NCBI GenBank assembly: GCA_965223545.1
Contig: OZ245006.1
Location: 3,840,001-3,904,000 of the forward strand
Origin: Planctomycetota bacterium
GTDB taxonomy: Bacteria > Planctomycetota > UBA1135 > UBA2386
DNA length: 64,000 bases
Reading direction: 5' to 3'
The notes under the pieces are model-generated. The model saw only the letters and a list, made by a program, of their open reading frames with translations, was not told where the DNA came from and did not search any database. Position 1 is the first letter of the stretch; each line of letters begins with the position of its first letter. Positions 47,671-57,570 of the stretch are shown here, one piece after another. Both the position numbers and the translations under genes were made by a program.

Positions 47671-50156
47671 CGCTCGGGGCCGTCTTTGACGCGGTTGCCG
47701 AGGAGCTCCTATGCGTGGCGCTGCACCAAACCCGCGATGACGCCGCCGCCGAGGATTTGCTGCAGGCGACCTTCGTCGTCGCGATCGAGCGCGCCAGCAC
47801 CTGGGATGCCACGCGCCCACTGCGGCCGTGGTTGTTCGGCATTCTCCAGCGAGAGCTGCGGGCTCTGCGTCGCCGCCGACCGCGCGCCGTCGACGCGCGC
47901 CGACTACCGCCGCGAAGAGATCCCGGACCGCAGCAGGCCGCGCTGGCCGGCGAGGCCACGCGCACAGTCAGCGCGGCCATCGATCGACTGCCGCAACCGT
48001 ATCGCGACGTGGTCGACCTGCACCTGGTTCGCTCCCTGACGCCGCGAGAGGTCGCCGAGCACCTGCAGCGCCCCCGCGGAGCCGTGCGCACCCAGCTGTG
48101 GCGCGGCCTGGAGATGCTGCGCGGCGAGCTGCCCAAGGGGCTGGCGCTGGGCGCGGCTGCGGTCGCGCTGGGGCCGCCCCTCGGCCGCGCACGCGCGCAC
48201 GTGCTGGCGAAGGCGGGCGCTGGCGCAGCGACGACCAGCGGAGCGGTGGGCGCGGCGTGGACAGGAGCATTGGTCATGGCAAGAGTGTGGATCCCCGTCG
48301 CGGTGCTCGTCGCGGTGGGCGCCCTTTGGTGGACCTGGACGAGTCCGGAACCCGATGCGCTGCACCGCGGGCGCACGCGCGCCGACCTGCACGCACAAAC
48401 ACCGCCACACCCCGTGGCGCGCACCGAGCGGGAGCCGACCGAGCGCCAGCAGGTCACCGCGTCGCCCGAAGAACCGCAACAAGCCGCGGCCAGCCCTGCG
48501 GAGCAGACGACAATGGCGCGGCTGCTGATCGTGGATGCGCACGGTGACCCGGTCGTCGATGCGGCGGTCCGACTCTACGAGCCCAATGCCAAGGCCGCTG
48601 GCGCGTACCGACGCGCCGGGCCACCGCGCCTGGAAATGCGCACCGATGCCAATGGGCGTACTGCGTTCCCGGTCGACCGCGAGACCCTTCTCTCCGCGCA
48701 CAAAGCCGGCGTCGGCACGACCGGCGATCTGCGCGTGACACCTGACATGGTCGAGCTAAGCCGCGAATGGCGGTTGGTACTACAGCCAAGCCAGCGCATC
48801 CAAGGCGTCGTGCTCCTCCCCGACGGTCGACCCGCGGCCGAAGCGATCGTGCGCTGCCACTTCACCAGCACGCTCTATTCGCACTTGGCCCAAACGCTGC
48901 CTCCAGTGAGCACCGACTCACGGGGTCGCTTCGAGTTCAAGGTGCTGCCCGACCTTGACTACCGGCTGCGGGCCGAGCTCGACGGCCACCGCGCCCGCGG
49001 ACATGTCGACACGCACTCCTCGAGCGACCACTACGAAGTCACACTGCAGTTTCCCGGCGCCTTTGCCGTGCATGGGCTACTGCTCGACGCCGCTGGTGCT
49101 CCGACTGCGGGCGAAGTGCGGCTCCTGTCGGCACAGGGTCAGCTCGTGCGCCGCGGCCACGCCAACTCGAAGGGCGAGTTCGAGCTGTTGCTGACCGAGG
49201 GCGGCGAGTTCATCCTGGTCGGCGGAATCGAAGGACAAACCGCCGCCGACGCGCGCGTCGCCATCGACACCGCCAGCCCGCGGGCCCGGATCACTCTGCG
49301 GCTCGAACCTTTCCTGCCGATCACCGGCAGGCTGGTCGACGAGGGCGGCGCCCCCTGCGGGGACGTCTTGGTGTCCGCGAGCCCGGTCGCCGACCGCGAT
49401 GCCTTGTTCCGCAATCGCGCCGCGTTGCAGGGTATCTACGCGCGCACCCACACCGCGCCCGACGGCACGTTTCGCTTCCTCGTTCCCGCCGGCCAACGCT
49501 ACCGGGTCGGCTACCGGGCCACTCCACACATGCACGTCTCCGGGCCGGAAGTCGCGCCACCGACCGACAACGTCGTCGTCGTCATGCGTGCCTCCGACCG
49601 GCGCGGGTTCGAGGTGACGGGCCGCGTGATCGCCGCGGCGAGCGGTGATCCCGTGCCGCGGTATCGCGTCTATCTCGTCACCCACGGATCGGGTGGAGGC
49701 TTCAGCGATCGGCCGCTGCGCGAGGGCGGGATCACGCTCGGATCCGACGGGTGGTTCCGCGCGGGCCCGTTTCGCCCAGACCGGCGCTACTCACTGCGTT
49801 TCGAGGCGGAGGGCTACGGCTGTGTGACGAGTGGCCCCTTTGACGCATCGGTCCGGGAGGAGCGCGTCCTCGTATCCATGCCGGCCCCGGGCAGCGTCGT
49901 GTGCACCGTGATGCAGGCCGATGGTCGGCCCGCCGTCGACGCCCGCGTGGGCCTCAAGCGCACCGGCGGAACTCCGTTCGAGCCGGTCCACCAAGGCCGC
50001 ACCGGCGCGGACGGGCGGCTCCAACTGCACAACGTCAGCCCCGGCAAGTACACGGTGCACGCCAGCGCAGCGGTGCGCGGCGCCGGCTCGGCCACGGGCT
50101 CGGTCATGGTCGACGCGGCCCGAGCCGCATCCGTTGTCGTGACCCTCCGCCGTTGA
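47619..50156 (+). CDS. ECF sigma factor fused to a TM helix and carboxypeptidase-regulatory-like (transthyretin-like) repeats
   Basis: AEDLLQATF, LRPWLFGI, region 4 HTH; TM VWIPVAVLVAVGALWW; repeated GxVxxxDGxP...TDxxGRF. Confidence 0.88.
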   Translation: MDIDALFLRFRERGDNAALGAVFDAVAEELLCVALHQTRDDAAAEDLLQATFVVAIERASTWDATRPLRPWLFGILQRELRALRRRRPRAVDARRLPPRRDPGPQQAALAGEATRTVSAAIDRLPQPYRDVVDLHLVRSLTPREVAEHLQRPRGAVRTQLWRGLEMLRGELPKGLALGAAAVALGPPLGRARAHVLAKAGAGAATTSGAVGAAWTGALVMARVWIPVAVLVAVGALWWTWTSPEPDALHRGRTRADLHAQTPPHPVARTEREPTERQQVTASPEEPQQAAASPAEQTTMARLLIVDAHGDPVVDAAVRLYEPNAKAAGAYRRAGPPRLEMRTDANGRTAFPVDRETLLSAHKAGVGTTGDLRVTPDMVELSREWRLVLQPSQRIQGVVLLPDGRPAAEAIVRCHFTSTLYSHLAQTLPPVSTDSRGRFEFKVLPDLDYRLRAELDGHRARGHVDTHSSSDHYEVTLQFPGAFAVHGLLLDAAGAPTAGEVRLLSAQGQLVRRGHANSKGEFELLLTEGGEFILVGGIEGQTAADARVAIDTASPRARITLRLEPFLPITGRLVDEGGAPCGDVLVSASPVADRDALFRNRAALQGIYARTHTAPDGTFRFLVPAGQRYRVGYRATPHMHVSGPEVAPPTDNVVVVMRASDRRGFEVTGRVIAAASGDPVPRYRVYLVTHGSGGGFSDRPLREGGITLGSDGWFRAGPFRPDRRYSLRFEAEGYGCVTSGPFDASVREERVLVSMPAPGSVVCTVMQADGRPAVDARVGLKRTGGTPFEPVHQGRTGADGRLQLHNVSPGKYTVHASAAVRGAGSATGSVMVDAARAASVVVTLRR

Positions 50157-50176
50157 ATCGGCGCTATGGTGGATGC

Positions 50177-50611
50177 ATGCCTGCTGCCCCTACCCGGCCC
50201 GTCGTGCCGACCTCGCTCTGCCTGGTCGCGTGGGTGTTCCTCGGCTGGGGGATCGCGGGGGTGGTCGACATCACGCGCGCGGCCACGGCAGGCACGCTCG
50301 CGTTCGACTTGGGCATCCTCGGCTTCCCCATCGCGATGGGCCTCATGCGTCTCCGAAGGCCATGGCACACGTGTGCCCTGATCGCACTGTGGCTCCAGTT
50401 CTTCCTCTTGCCCAGCGTCCTGGTGTGGCTGCTACTCGGGTCCAGCGGGCCCGTTCCGGACCGGATGAGACTCGGGCTGCTGCTGCCTCTTCTGTTCGGA
50501 GTCGCCCTGTGGCAGTACTTCGTGCTGCAGCTGGCGGAAGTCCGCGCCCTGTTTGGTCTTCCTCCGACCGCGGATCGCGAGGCCACCGGCGAAGCCGCTG
50601 CGCAGAGCTGA
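50177..50611 (+). CDS. Small four-helix membrane protein
   Basis: Four hydrophobic segments; TATGGT box 6 nt before ATG. Confidence 0.7.
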   Translation: MPAAPTRPVVPTSLCLVAWVFLGWGIAGVVDITRAATAGTLAFDLGILGFPIAMGLMRLRRPWHTCALIALWLQFFLLPSVLVWLLLGSSGPVPDRMRLGLLLPLLFGVALWQYFVLQLAEVRALFGLPPTADREATGEAAAQS

Positions 50612-50816
50612 CGGACGCTAGTCGCGAGCTAGGTCTACGAAGCACCGAACGCGCGCGGCCGTGGCATCGGTGGTCGCCTGATGGACGGTCTGGTGGCGCA
50701 GGCCAGCGATGGCGCCTCCGGCCGCCCAGAGAAATCTGCCGAGCTTCCGTGACGCTCCGTCGGCGCCGCGGGTGAACGGAGGAGCCCATGACGGGCGCAC
50801 TCGGAGACCACGAAAG

Positions 50817-52235
50817 ATGAACAAGACTGCAATCACGTTGGGGCTCGCCCTTGCCGTCAGCGGCGGGACCATGGCCCAAGACCAACTCCTCTTCACCACG
50901 CGGACCCAGGCGAGCACGCTGGATGCGCTGCTGCCGGCGCTCCGCCGCGTCGACCCGCAGGACGTGATGGGCGTCGAGCCGTCGGCCCTGGGCCCGGCCG
51001 TGACCGCCACCAAACACACCCCGCACGATGCCTGGGCGACGCTGCTGGGCGATCATGACCTGAACGGCAGCTACGCCTTGCCGAACATCTGGGGCCGGAT
51101 CGATGCGTTGATGGCGCGGCCGACCGGCATGTTCGGTGCGACGACGCGCGACCTGTACGTATCGCCGTCCGCGGACACGACGAGTGCGCTCAGCGCCTAC
51201 CCGACGGCGCGGATGGGCGACGTCGTGCGAATCGCGCCCTTCGGCCAGTTCGAGCCGTTCCTCGTCGAGCCGCGCGTGATCGCCGCCTTCGGAATCGTCG
51301 ATCCGCGGGTCAACGTCGACGCGGTGGCCTACGACAACACCCAGGGCAGTGGCCCGCCTCCGGGCCCCGGCCCCGCCGGCGTGGTGTTCCTGTCGTTGGA
51401 GGACGACCACGTGATGCAGCTTCTGTGCGGCAGCGCGTTCCGCGCCATGACCGTGCGCGATGGCTCGATCATCGGCGCCCAGGTGCTCGGCTTCGACGCT
51501 CAAGGTGCGGTGCTCGGCCGCGGCTTCCTGGTCGCCGAAGAAGACGAAGTCAACGGTTGGGTCGCCGCTTCGGGTCTGGCCGACGACGCCGGCTCGGCGA
51601 TCGCCGACATCGTCGACCTGGACGGGCTGGCGTTCGACCCGCGGGTCGGCACCCGCGGCTTCAGCAGCAAGTGCGGCACCTTTCCAAACCTGATGTTCTC
51701 GGGCGAAGCGATGACCGGGGGTGGCGTTGCCAGCACGGTCGGCGGTGGCTCGATCGCGCAGCTGAACGGTGCCGACCTCGGTTCGGCCGTGGTCAGCGAT
51801 GGCCGTGGCGTCGGCCTTGCGCGGGGCGTCGGTAGCCTCAACGGGCTCGAGGTGCGCGATGGCTGCAGGTTCGTCACCGAGACCCCGACCCCGAAGGTCG
51901 GCCCGATGTCGACCCTCGAGGTCGAAGTCGGCGGTGCGGTGCCCGGAACGCCGGTGTTCATGATGTTCTCGAGCTCGATCGTGGCGTGCCCGGTGGGCGG
52001 CCTCGCCACCGCGGGCCCGTGGATGAACCCGTGCTTCCCCGACCTGTACCAACCGTTGGTGCTGTCGTTCTCGCTCGGTGCGGCGGCGGCGGATGGCACG
52101 CAGAAGCTGTCGGTCCCGATCGGCGGAGTCGGCGGCTCGGCTTGCCTGGTCTTCCAAGCGGTGAACGTGGTGCCTGGACCGACCAGCGCGACGATCCACC
52201 TGAGCACGCCGACGATGATCGAGTTGGCGCCGTAG
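50817..52235 (+). CDS. Secreted hypothetical protein (DAL/DAV/DGL repeats) with a C-terminal module
   Basis: Signal MNKTAITLGLALAVSGGTMAQ; IDAL, VDAV and LDGL motifs. Confidence 0.75.
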   Translation: MNKTAITLGLALAVSGGTMAQDQLLFTTRTQASTLDALLPALRRVDPQDVMGVEPSALGPAVTATKHTPHDAWATLLGDHDLNGSYALPNIWGRIDALMARPTGMFGATTRDLYVSPSADTTSALSAYPTARMGDVVRIAPFGQFEPFLVEPRVIAAFGIVDPRVNVDAVAYDNTQGSGPPPGPGPAGVVFLSLEDDHVMQLLCGSAFRAMTVRDGSIIGAQVLGFDAQGAVLGRGFLVAEEDEVNGWVAASGLADDAGSAIADIVDLDGLAFDPRVGTRGFSSKCGTFPNLMFSGEAMTGGGVASTVGGGSIAQLNGADLGSAVVSDGRGVGLARGVGSLNGLEVRDGCRFVTETPTPKVGPMSTLEVEVGGAVPGTPVFMMFSSSIVACPVGGLATAGPWMNPCFPDLYQPLVLSFSLGAAAADGTQKLSVPIGGVGGSACLVFQAVNVVPGPTSATIHLSTPTMIELAP

Positions 52236-52437
52236 CTCGAGCCGCGTGGCGCTTGCGATGGGGGCGCCAAGCAACGCTCGCTTCGCAACGCAATCGTCCT
52301 GGCTGCGGCGGACTGCGCCCGTTCGAGTGAACGGGTTGCCGCCGTGATCGGGTCGCGCGCCCACGGGGTCCGCGCGCAGCTCCGCGACTCGGGCGTCTCA
52401 CCTCGATGGGACCGCCTCAGCCGCACCCTCGCGCAAC

Positions 52438-52499
52438 TGCCGAAAGCTGGCACCCAAGGATGCCGAAAAGTTGCACTTGACGCCGCCGAAAAGTTGCGT
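52438..52499 (+). promoter_or_regulatory. Three direct repeats with a 23-bp period (operator-like)
   Basis: TGCCGAAAGCTGGCAC / TGCCGAAAAGTTGCAC / CGCCGAAAAGTTGCGT at 52438, 52461, 52484. Confidence 0.6.
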
Positions 52500-52545
52500 T
52501 CGAAGGTCCGACCTCCCAGTATGGACGGGCCGAAACCCTGACACC

Positions 52546-53781
52546 ATGGCGGGTTACCTCCACAGAATCCTCGACCCAGTCCTGCGGGATCTACTCGAAG
52601 AGCTCCCAGCGGTCTTGGTCACCGGTCCTCGGGCGACGGGAAAGACGACGATGGCCGCGCGCCACGCGAAGACCCTGGTGCGCTTGGACCGCGAAGCGGA
52701 GGCGGCCCCGTTCCACGCGGACCCTGACGCGGCGCTCGCGAGCATGGAAGAGCCGGTTCTTCTCGATGAGTGGCAGATGGCCCCGAAGATCCTCGGCGCG
52801 GTGAAGCGAGCCGTCGACACCGAGCCGCGACCAGGACGGTTCCTTCTGACTGGCTCCGTCCGCGCCGACCTCGATGCACCGACCTGGCCAGGGACCGGCC
52901 GCCTGGTGAGGCTCCGACTCAACGGCCTGACCATCAGGGAGAAGGAGGGCAACGGAGCTTCCCACACCCCATGGTTCGACGGGTTGCTCGCGGGCAAGCC
53001 ACTGACCAAGCCCCGGGGCCAACCAGATCTTCGGGACTACGTCGCCCTGGCTCTCGCCGGAGGCTTCCCACAGGCCGTCGCCGCCAACTCCAGCCGAACG
53101 CGCCGATTGTGGCTGGCCAGCTACGTCGATCAGCTCGTGACCAGGGATGCGGCCCTTCTCGAGAACGGCCGCGACCCAGAGCGGCTGCGGCGCTACTTCC
53201 AGGCGTACGCCCTCAACTCAGCTGGCACCGCCTCGGACAAGACTCTCCGGGAGGCCGCCCAGATCAACCACCGCACCGCGGAAGCCTACGACCAGATGCT
53301 CCGCAACCTGCTCGTGATCGACCCAACGCCCGCGTGGAGCACGAACCGAATCAAGCGACTGAGCAAGTCCCCGAAGAGGATGCTTGTCGACCCGGCGCTG
53401 CTGGGCGCTCTCGCTGGAGTCGATGAAACGGGCGTGATGCGGGACGGGTATGTGCTGGGACGGCTCCTGGAGACTTTCGTCGTGGCCCAACTTCGATCCG
53501 AGCTGGACACCAACACCTGTTTGCCACGCCTCTATCACCTGCGGACGGAGAAGGGCAGACAGGAGATCGACGTGGTCGCAGAAGTCGGTGCGGGGAGAGT
53601 CATCGCCGTAGAGATCAAGGCCGCCGCGGCGCCTGAGGCACGAGACGCACGCCATCTGCATTGGCTACGGGAGGAGTTGGGTGATCGCTTCGTGGCGGGC
53701 GTAGTGCTGCACACCGGGCCTGGCGTCTACGGCTTGGGAGAGCGGGTGCAGGCTGCGCCGATCGCGACCCTCTGGTCGTGA
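52546..53781 (+). CDS. AAA_14 ATPase with DUF4143 (PD-(D/E)xK-like) C-terminus
   Basis: GPRATGKT, LLDEWQ, FLLTGS, GGFP, KSPK, EIDVV...AVEIK. Confidence 0.9.
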   Translation: MAGYLHRILDPVLRDLLEELPAVLVTGPRATGKTTMAARHAKTLVRLDREAEAAPFHADPDAALASMEEPVLLDEWQMAPKILGAVKRAVDTEPRPGRFLLTGSVRADLDAPTWPGTGRLVRLRLNGLTIREKEGNGASHTPWFDGLLAGKPLTKPRGQPDLRDYVALALAGGFPQAVAANSSRTRRLWLASYVDQLVTRDAALLENGRDPERLRRYFQAYALNSAGTASDKTLREAAQINHRTAEAYDQMLRNLLVIDPTPAWSTNRIKRLSKSPKRMLVDPALLGALAGVDETGVMRDGYVLGRLLETFVVAQLRSELDTNTCLPRLYHLRTEKGRQEIDVVAEVGAGRVIAVEIKAAAAPEARDARHLHWLREELGDRFVAGVVLHTGPGVYGLGERVQAAPIATLWS

Positions 53782-53820
53782 TCGTGGTAGGACTCGAAAC
53801 ATGATCCTCCGTAGCCGCGG

Positions 53821-54378
53821 CTAATTGCCGCCCGTCGGCTCGGCGGGCTCCCCTTCCAATCCCGCCAGCTGCCGCTCCACCGCGGCCACCTCCATCAGCA
53901 GCTTCTGCCGCTGCAGGCGCGCGACCAGGAGCCGCTGCTCGAGGATCGCCATCTCGCGCTCGGTGCCGAGGCGGCGCAGCCGCTCGTTCTCGACGCGCAG
54001 TGCGTCCTGCTCGGTCCGCGCGGTGGCGATCTCCTCGGCATGGCGTTCGGCCTGTGCCTCGGCTGTGTCGGCTCGGGTCTGCAGCGCGCGCACTTGCTCT
54101 TCCAACTCCAGCTTGTCCTCCAGCAGCTGTTGGAGCTGCGAGACCAGGGGACCGCCCTCGGCCGGATCAACGGTTGGATCGGCCGCCGGGGCTTCTTCTC
54201 CGGGTGGCGGCGCGTCGGCGACCGCGGCCTCACCATCGGGTGCCGCCGCCTCCTCACCACTCGCGATCGCGCCCGTGGACTCCGGCGCCGGGCCAACTGG
54301 CGTGCGACGGTCGCGCAACGGGGCGCAGCCCACCAACGCCGCCATCGTCACTAGCGCAGTCCAGCGCACGCACATCAT
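53821..54378 (-). CDS. Coiled-coil lipoprotein
   Basis: Lipobox LVGC, Pro/Ala linker, long heptad-rich helix. Confidence 0.7.
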   Translation of the reverse strand: MMCVRWTALVTMAALVGCAPLRDRRTPVGPAPESTGAIASGEEAAAPDGEAAVADAPPPGEEAPAADPTVDPAEGGPLVSQLQQLLEDKLELEEQVRALQTRADTAEAQAERHAEEIATARTEQDALRVENERLRRLGTEREMAILEQRLLVARLQRQKLLMEVAAVERQLAGLEGEPAEPTGGN

Positions 54379-55118
54379 GGCTCTTTCTCCCCCATCTTCT
54401 GGCGCAGCCGTCCGACCGCGCGCGACAAGATCTGCGACACCCGCGACTCGCTCACCGACAGCAAGCGCGCAATCTCCCGCAGATACAGCCCGTCGTAGTG
54501 ATAGTGCAGCACCGCTGCGCGCTCGACTTCAGACAGCTCGTGGATCGCGGCCATCAAGCGATCGCGCTGCTCGTCGCGTTGCGCCGCCTCACCGGGATCG
54601 GTGACGCCCGGACACATGACCGTCTCGGCCCGGGTGCCCCCTTCTTGTCCGGCACCGATTTGGTCGTCCAGCGACAGCACGCGCAGCGTGTGCAGCGCGA
54701 GCAGGTCCTCGTCGAGGACGCCGGCATCGATCTGCAGGTAGTCGGCGACCTCTTCCAGCGCCGGCGGCCGCTGCAGCGATGCGGTGAGGTCCGCTTTCGC
54801 CTGCTCGGCGCGGCGCAGCCGCTGGCGGCGCCCACGCGACACCGGGTCGCTGCGCCGGATCTCGTCCAGGATCGCGCCGCGGACCGCGCTGAACGCATAG
54901 GTCTTGAAGCTGGCGCCGCGTTCGGGGTCGTACGAGTCGGCGGCGCGCATCAACCCGACCAAGCCCGCCGAGTAGCAATCGTCGCGGCTGAGCGGCGGCG
55001 GCGCGGCCTCCGCCAAGCGAGTCACCACATGGTGAACGAGCGGGAGGTACTGTTCGACGCGCCGGTCGCGCTCGACGTCGCGATTCCCCGGTGGAGGCTC
55101 CGGCGCCCCCCGACTCAT
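54375..55118 (-). CDS. fliA: FliA/WhiG family (sigma-28) RNA polymerase sigma factor
   Basis: YLPLV, GLVGLMRAADSYDPERGASFKTYA, RGAILDEIR, LREIARLLSVSESRVSQI. Confidence 0.85.
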   Translation of the reverse strand: MSRGAPEPPPGNRDVERDRRVEQYLPLVHHVVTRLAEAAPPPLSRDDCYSAGLVGLMRAADSYDPERGASFKTYAFSAVRGAILDEIRRSDPVSRGRRQRLRRAEQAKADLTASLQRPPALEEVADYLQIDAGVLDEDLLALHTLRVLSLDDQIGAGQEGGTRAETVMCPGVTDPGEAAQRDEQRDRLMAAIHELSEVERAAVLHYHYDGLYLREIARLLSVSESRVSQILSRAVGRLRQKMGEKEP

Positions 55119-55381
55119 CGCGACTCCTCGCCGATCTCGACGGCTGCCGGCGTCGGCTGCAGCCGGAGCGAACCCGCGACCCATCGCGCCCACGACGGGA
55201 TCACCAGCGCGGCGACCGCCGCGCTCACCATTCCCCGCCACAGCGCGCCGGTCACCGCATGCCCTGCCGCCAGCGCCGCCAGATAGGCCAACGCGAAGCC
55301 CATGCCGGCTGCGAACTCCGGCACTGCGGTCGAACTCGGCTTGGCCATCGAGATCCGTGGGGGTGCGCGCTCGGGAGCCAC
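55115..55381 (-). CDS. Small two-helix membrane protein
   Basis: Two hydrophobic helices; stop overlaps the sigma-28 start; start uncertain. Confidence 0.55.
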   Translation of the reverse strand: MAPERAPPRISMAKPSSTAVPEFAAGMGFALAYLAALAAGHAVTGALWRGMVSAAVAALVIPSWARWVAGSLRLQPTPAAVEIGEESR

Positions 55382-55613
55382 CGCGCACCGAGACTACCGC
55401 ACTCATCGGTCATTGGGTCGCCGGCAGTTGAACGGATCGTTGCCCGAAGAGGGCTACCGCGGGCAACCGCGGCGCAGCTCGAGAAAACGGCGACCAACCG
55501 GCCGACCGCAGACGGTTCCGTGTGCCGGCGGACTCTCGGTCTTCCGGCGACGAGCGCATCGCTCGAGACGCGGCGCACGCCGCACGCCCCCGGTCCGTTT
55601 CGAGGACTTCCTG

Positions 55614-57509
55614 ATGAACCCCACCCCGACCACTCTCCTGGCAGCCATTGCGGGCCTCACCGTCCACTCCACCGCGCAACCGCCAGGATCCAACTCCCCT
55701 CCCGCGATGGTCTTGAACACACCGTTGGCACACGCGCCTTGGGACTTCGAGGTATCGCCCGGCGGATCGTTCGCAGCGATCCACATGCTGGGGGCCTTTC
55801 CCGTGCAGAGCCTACAGATCGTGACACTCGCCGATCCGGCGCAAGCGCTCTGGACTTCGCCCCCATTGTCCGTGGTGGACTCCGCGTTGGGACGCAGCCG
55901 CTTGGCGATGACCACCGGCATCGATCCAGCGACCGCCCATGACACGGTGTACGCCGTGTTGGCCACTGCCCAGGACACCGGCAACCTGAGTGGCGTCGGC
56001 AACCTGCGCATCGTCAAGGTCACCCACGCTGAGGCGACGACCCCGACGTTTCACGAGACCGTGGTGACGAACACGACGTCCGTGGCCTTCCCGTACGAAG
56101 TCCTCGCGGAGAGGTCGGTCTCCGGTCGGGCCGTGGGCATCGTCACCAACTCGTGGTACGGGATGCAGATCTTCGACCTGGAAACAGGACTGCAACTCGC
56201 CAACGCCGGGGGGGGCTACCAACCGCCATGCGCCGGCAACAACAGTCGCGAGTTCATGGCAGGCACCATGGTCAGCACGCCGTCGCGAATCGTGACCATC
56301 TACACCGCTTCGACGCCGCACACCGGCCTGATCGGTGGCGTACCGCCCGACCTGACGCCACCTCCGGGATTCGCAGCGGTCCTGGCGCTGTCTTCCGCGA
56401 CGAGCCCGGTCGTCTCCACGCTTTCTCAGTTCGAGTATGCGCCGCCGTGCATGAGCCCGGTGACGTGCAACTGCACGTTCCCCGGGATCGGTGACAAGCG
56501 GCATCTGCACGACATCACGCTCACCCCCGATCAAACGAAAGCAGTGATTTCCGGCTGGAGCGTCGCCGCCGCGATCGACGTCGACTCTGGCGCCGAGTTG
56601 TTTCGCAACCTCGACCCCAGCAAGCTGCCGAAGCCAGGCTGGGTCCGCCGCGATCTCGCAGATCGCGTGACCGTCAACTCGGTCGCCGCCAGCGACGAGT
56701 ACGCCGTCTTCGTGGGCTGCCGAAACACGCACATCGAGCCCAACCTCGCCACGGACCTGTCTCGGTATCGCATCACCGTCGTCAAGCTGCCCACCAACAG
56801 CACCCCCGGCGCGGTGGGAACGCCAATCGACGGCGGCTTGACTCCCGGCCGAGCGCATGACGTGGCGATCTCGCCCAACGGCACCAAGGCTGTTGTGTCC
56901 GTCCGCGCGCCGGAAACGGTGGTGCTCGACTTGAGTGGTCCGAATGCGCACCTTGCACCCGCCAAGTCGTACGCCACCTACATCGACCCGCTCGCAGGCC
57001 CGGTCGGTAGCAACAGTGATGCATGGGTGGCCAACTCGGCAGTCACCGGGAACAACGTCGCCGTCGTGATCGGAACCGGCACCGTTGGCAACCCTCACAC
57101 TGGCCAGGGCGTGATCGCGCTGATCGACCTGTCGAAGGACCCCGGCGTTCAGGGCGATGTCAAGTTCATCCGCCTCGACCCCACGGTGAACTACCTACCA
57201 ACCGACATCCAGATTGAGGGACAGCGCGCGATCGTCCGAGCCCATGAGCGCGGGGCCACTTCTTCGGGCCCCTACCTCAGCCAGATCACCATCATCGACC
57301 TGCCAACGCGATCGGTGTTGAGCCAGGGCGTGTTCGTCGGAGCCAGCAGCAATCTGCCGCGCGACATCGGCTTCGCCACCGGCGTGGACCAGATCGCGTC
57401 GCACAACCTCTTCGCCGTGACCGGCGGCCAGAACTCGGGAACGTCGCCCCTGGCCCCAGGACTTGCTCAGGTGTTGTTCTTGGGCGGGCCGAGCCCCCAG
57501 ACGTTCTGA
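55614..57509 (+). CDS. Secreted beta-propeller-like protein
   Basis: Signal-like N-terminus; HDITLTPDQTKAVI and HDVAISPNGTKAVV repeats. Confidence 0.7.
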   Translation: MNPTPTTLLAAIAGLTVHSTAQPPGSNSPPAMVLNTPLAHAPWDFEVSPGGSFAAIHMLGAFPVQSLQIVTLADPAQALWTSPPLSVVDSALGRSRLAMTTGIDPATAHDTVYAVLATAQDTGNLSGVGNLRIVKVTHAEATTPTFHETVVTNTTSVAFPYEVLAERSVSGRAVGIVTNSWYGMQIFDLETGLQLANAGGGYQPPCAGNNSREFMAGTMVSTPSRIVTIYTASTPHTGLIGGVPPDLTPPPGFAAVLALSSATSPVVSTLSQFEYAPPCMSPVTCNCTFPGIGDKRHLHDITLTPDQTKAVISGWSVAAAIDVDSGAELFRNLDPSKLPKPGWVRRDLADRVTVNSVAASDEYAVFVGCRNTHIEPNLATDLSRYRITVVKLPTNSTPGAVGTPIDGGLTPGRAHDVAISPNGTKAVVSVRAPETVVLDLSGPNAHLAPAKSYATYIDPLAGPVGSNSDAWVANSAVTGNNVAVVIGTGTVGNPHTGQGVIALIDLSKDPGVQGDVKFIRLDPTVNYLPTDIQIEGQRAIVRAHERGATSSGPYLSQITIIDLPTRSVLSQGVFVGASSNLPRDIGFATGVDQIASHNLFAVTGGQNSGTSPLAPGLAQVLFLGGPSPQTF

Positions 57510-57570
57510 CCCATGCAGCGGGCGGGTGCAACGGTGCACGACAAGCGCGTCACCCGTCTACAATCGCGGC

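Noticed and set aside
52448..52465. Possible sigma-54 promoter TGGCACCCAAGGATGC
   Set aside because: GG-to-GC spacing is 11, not the required 10.
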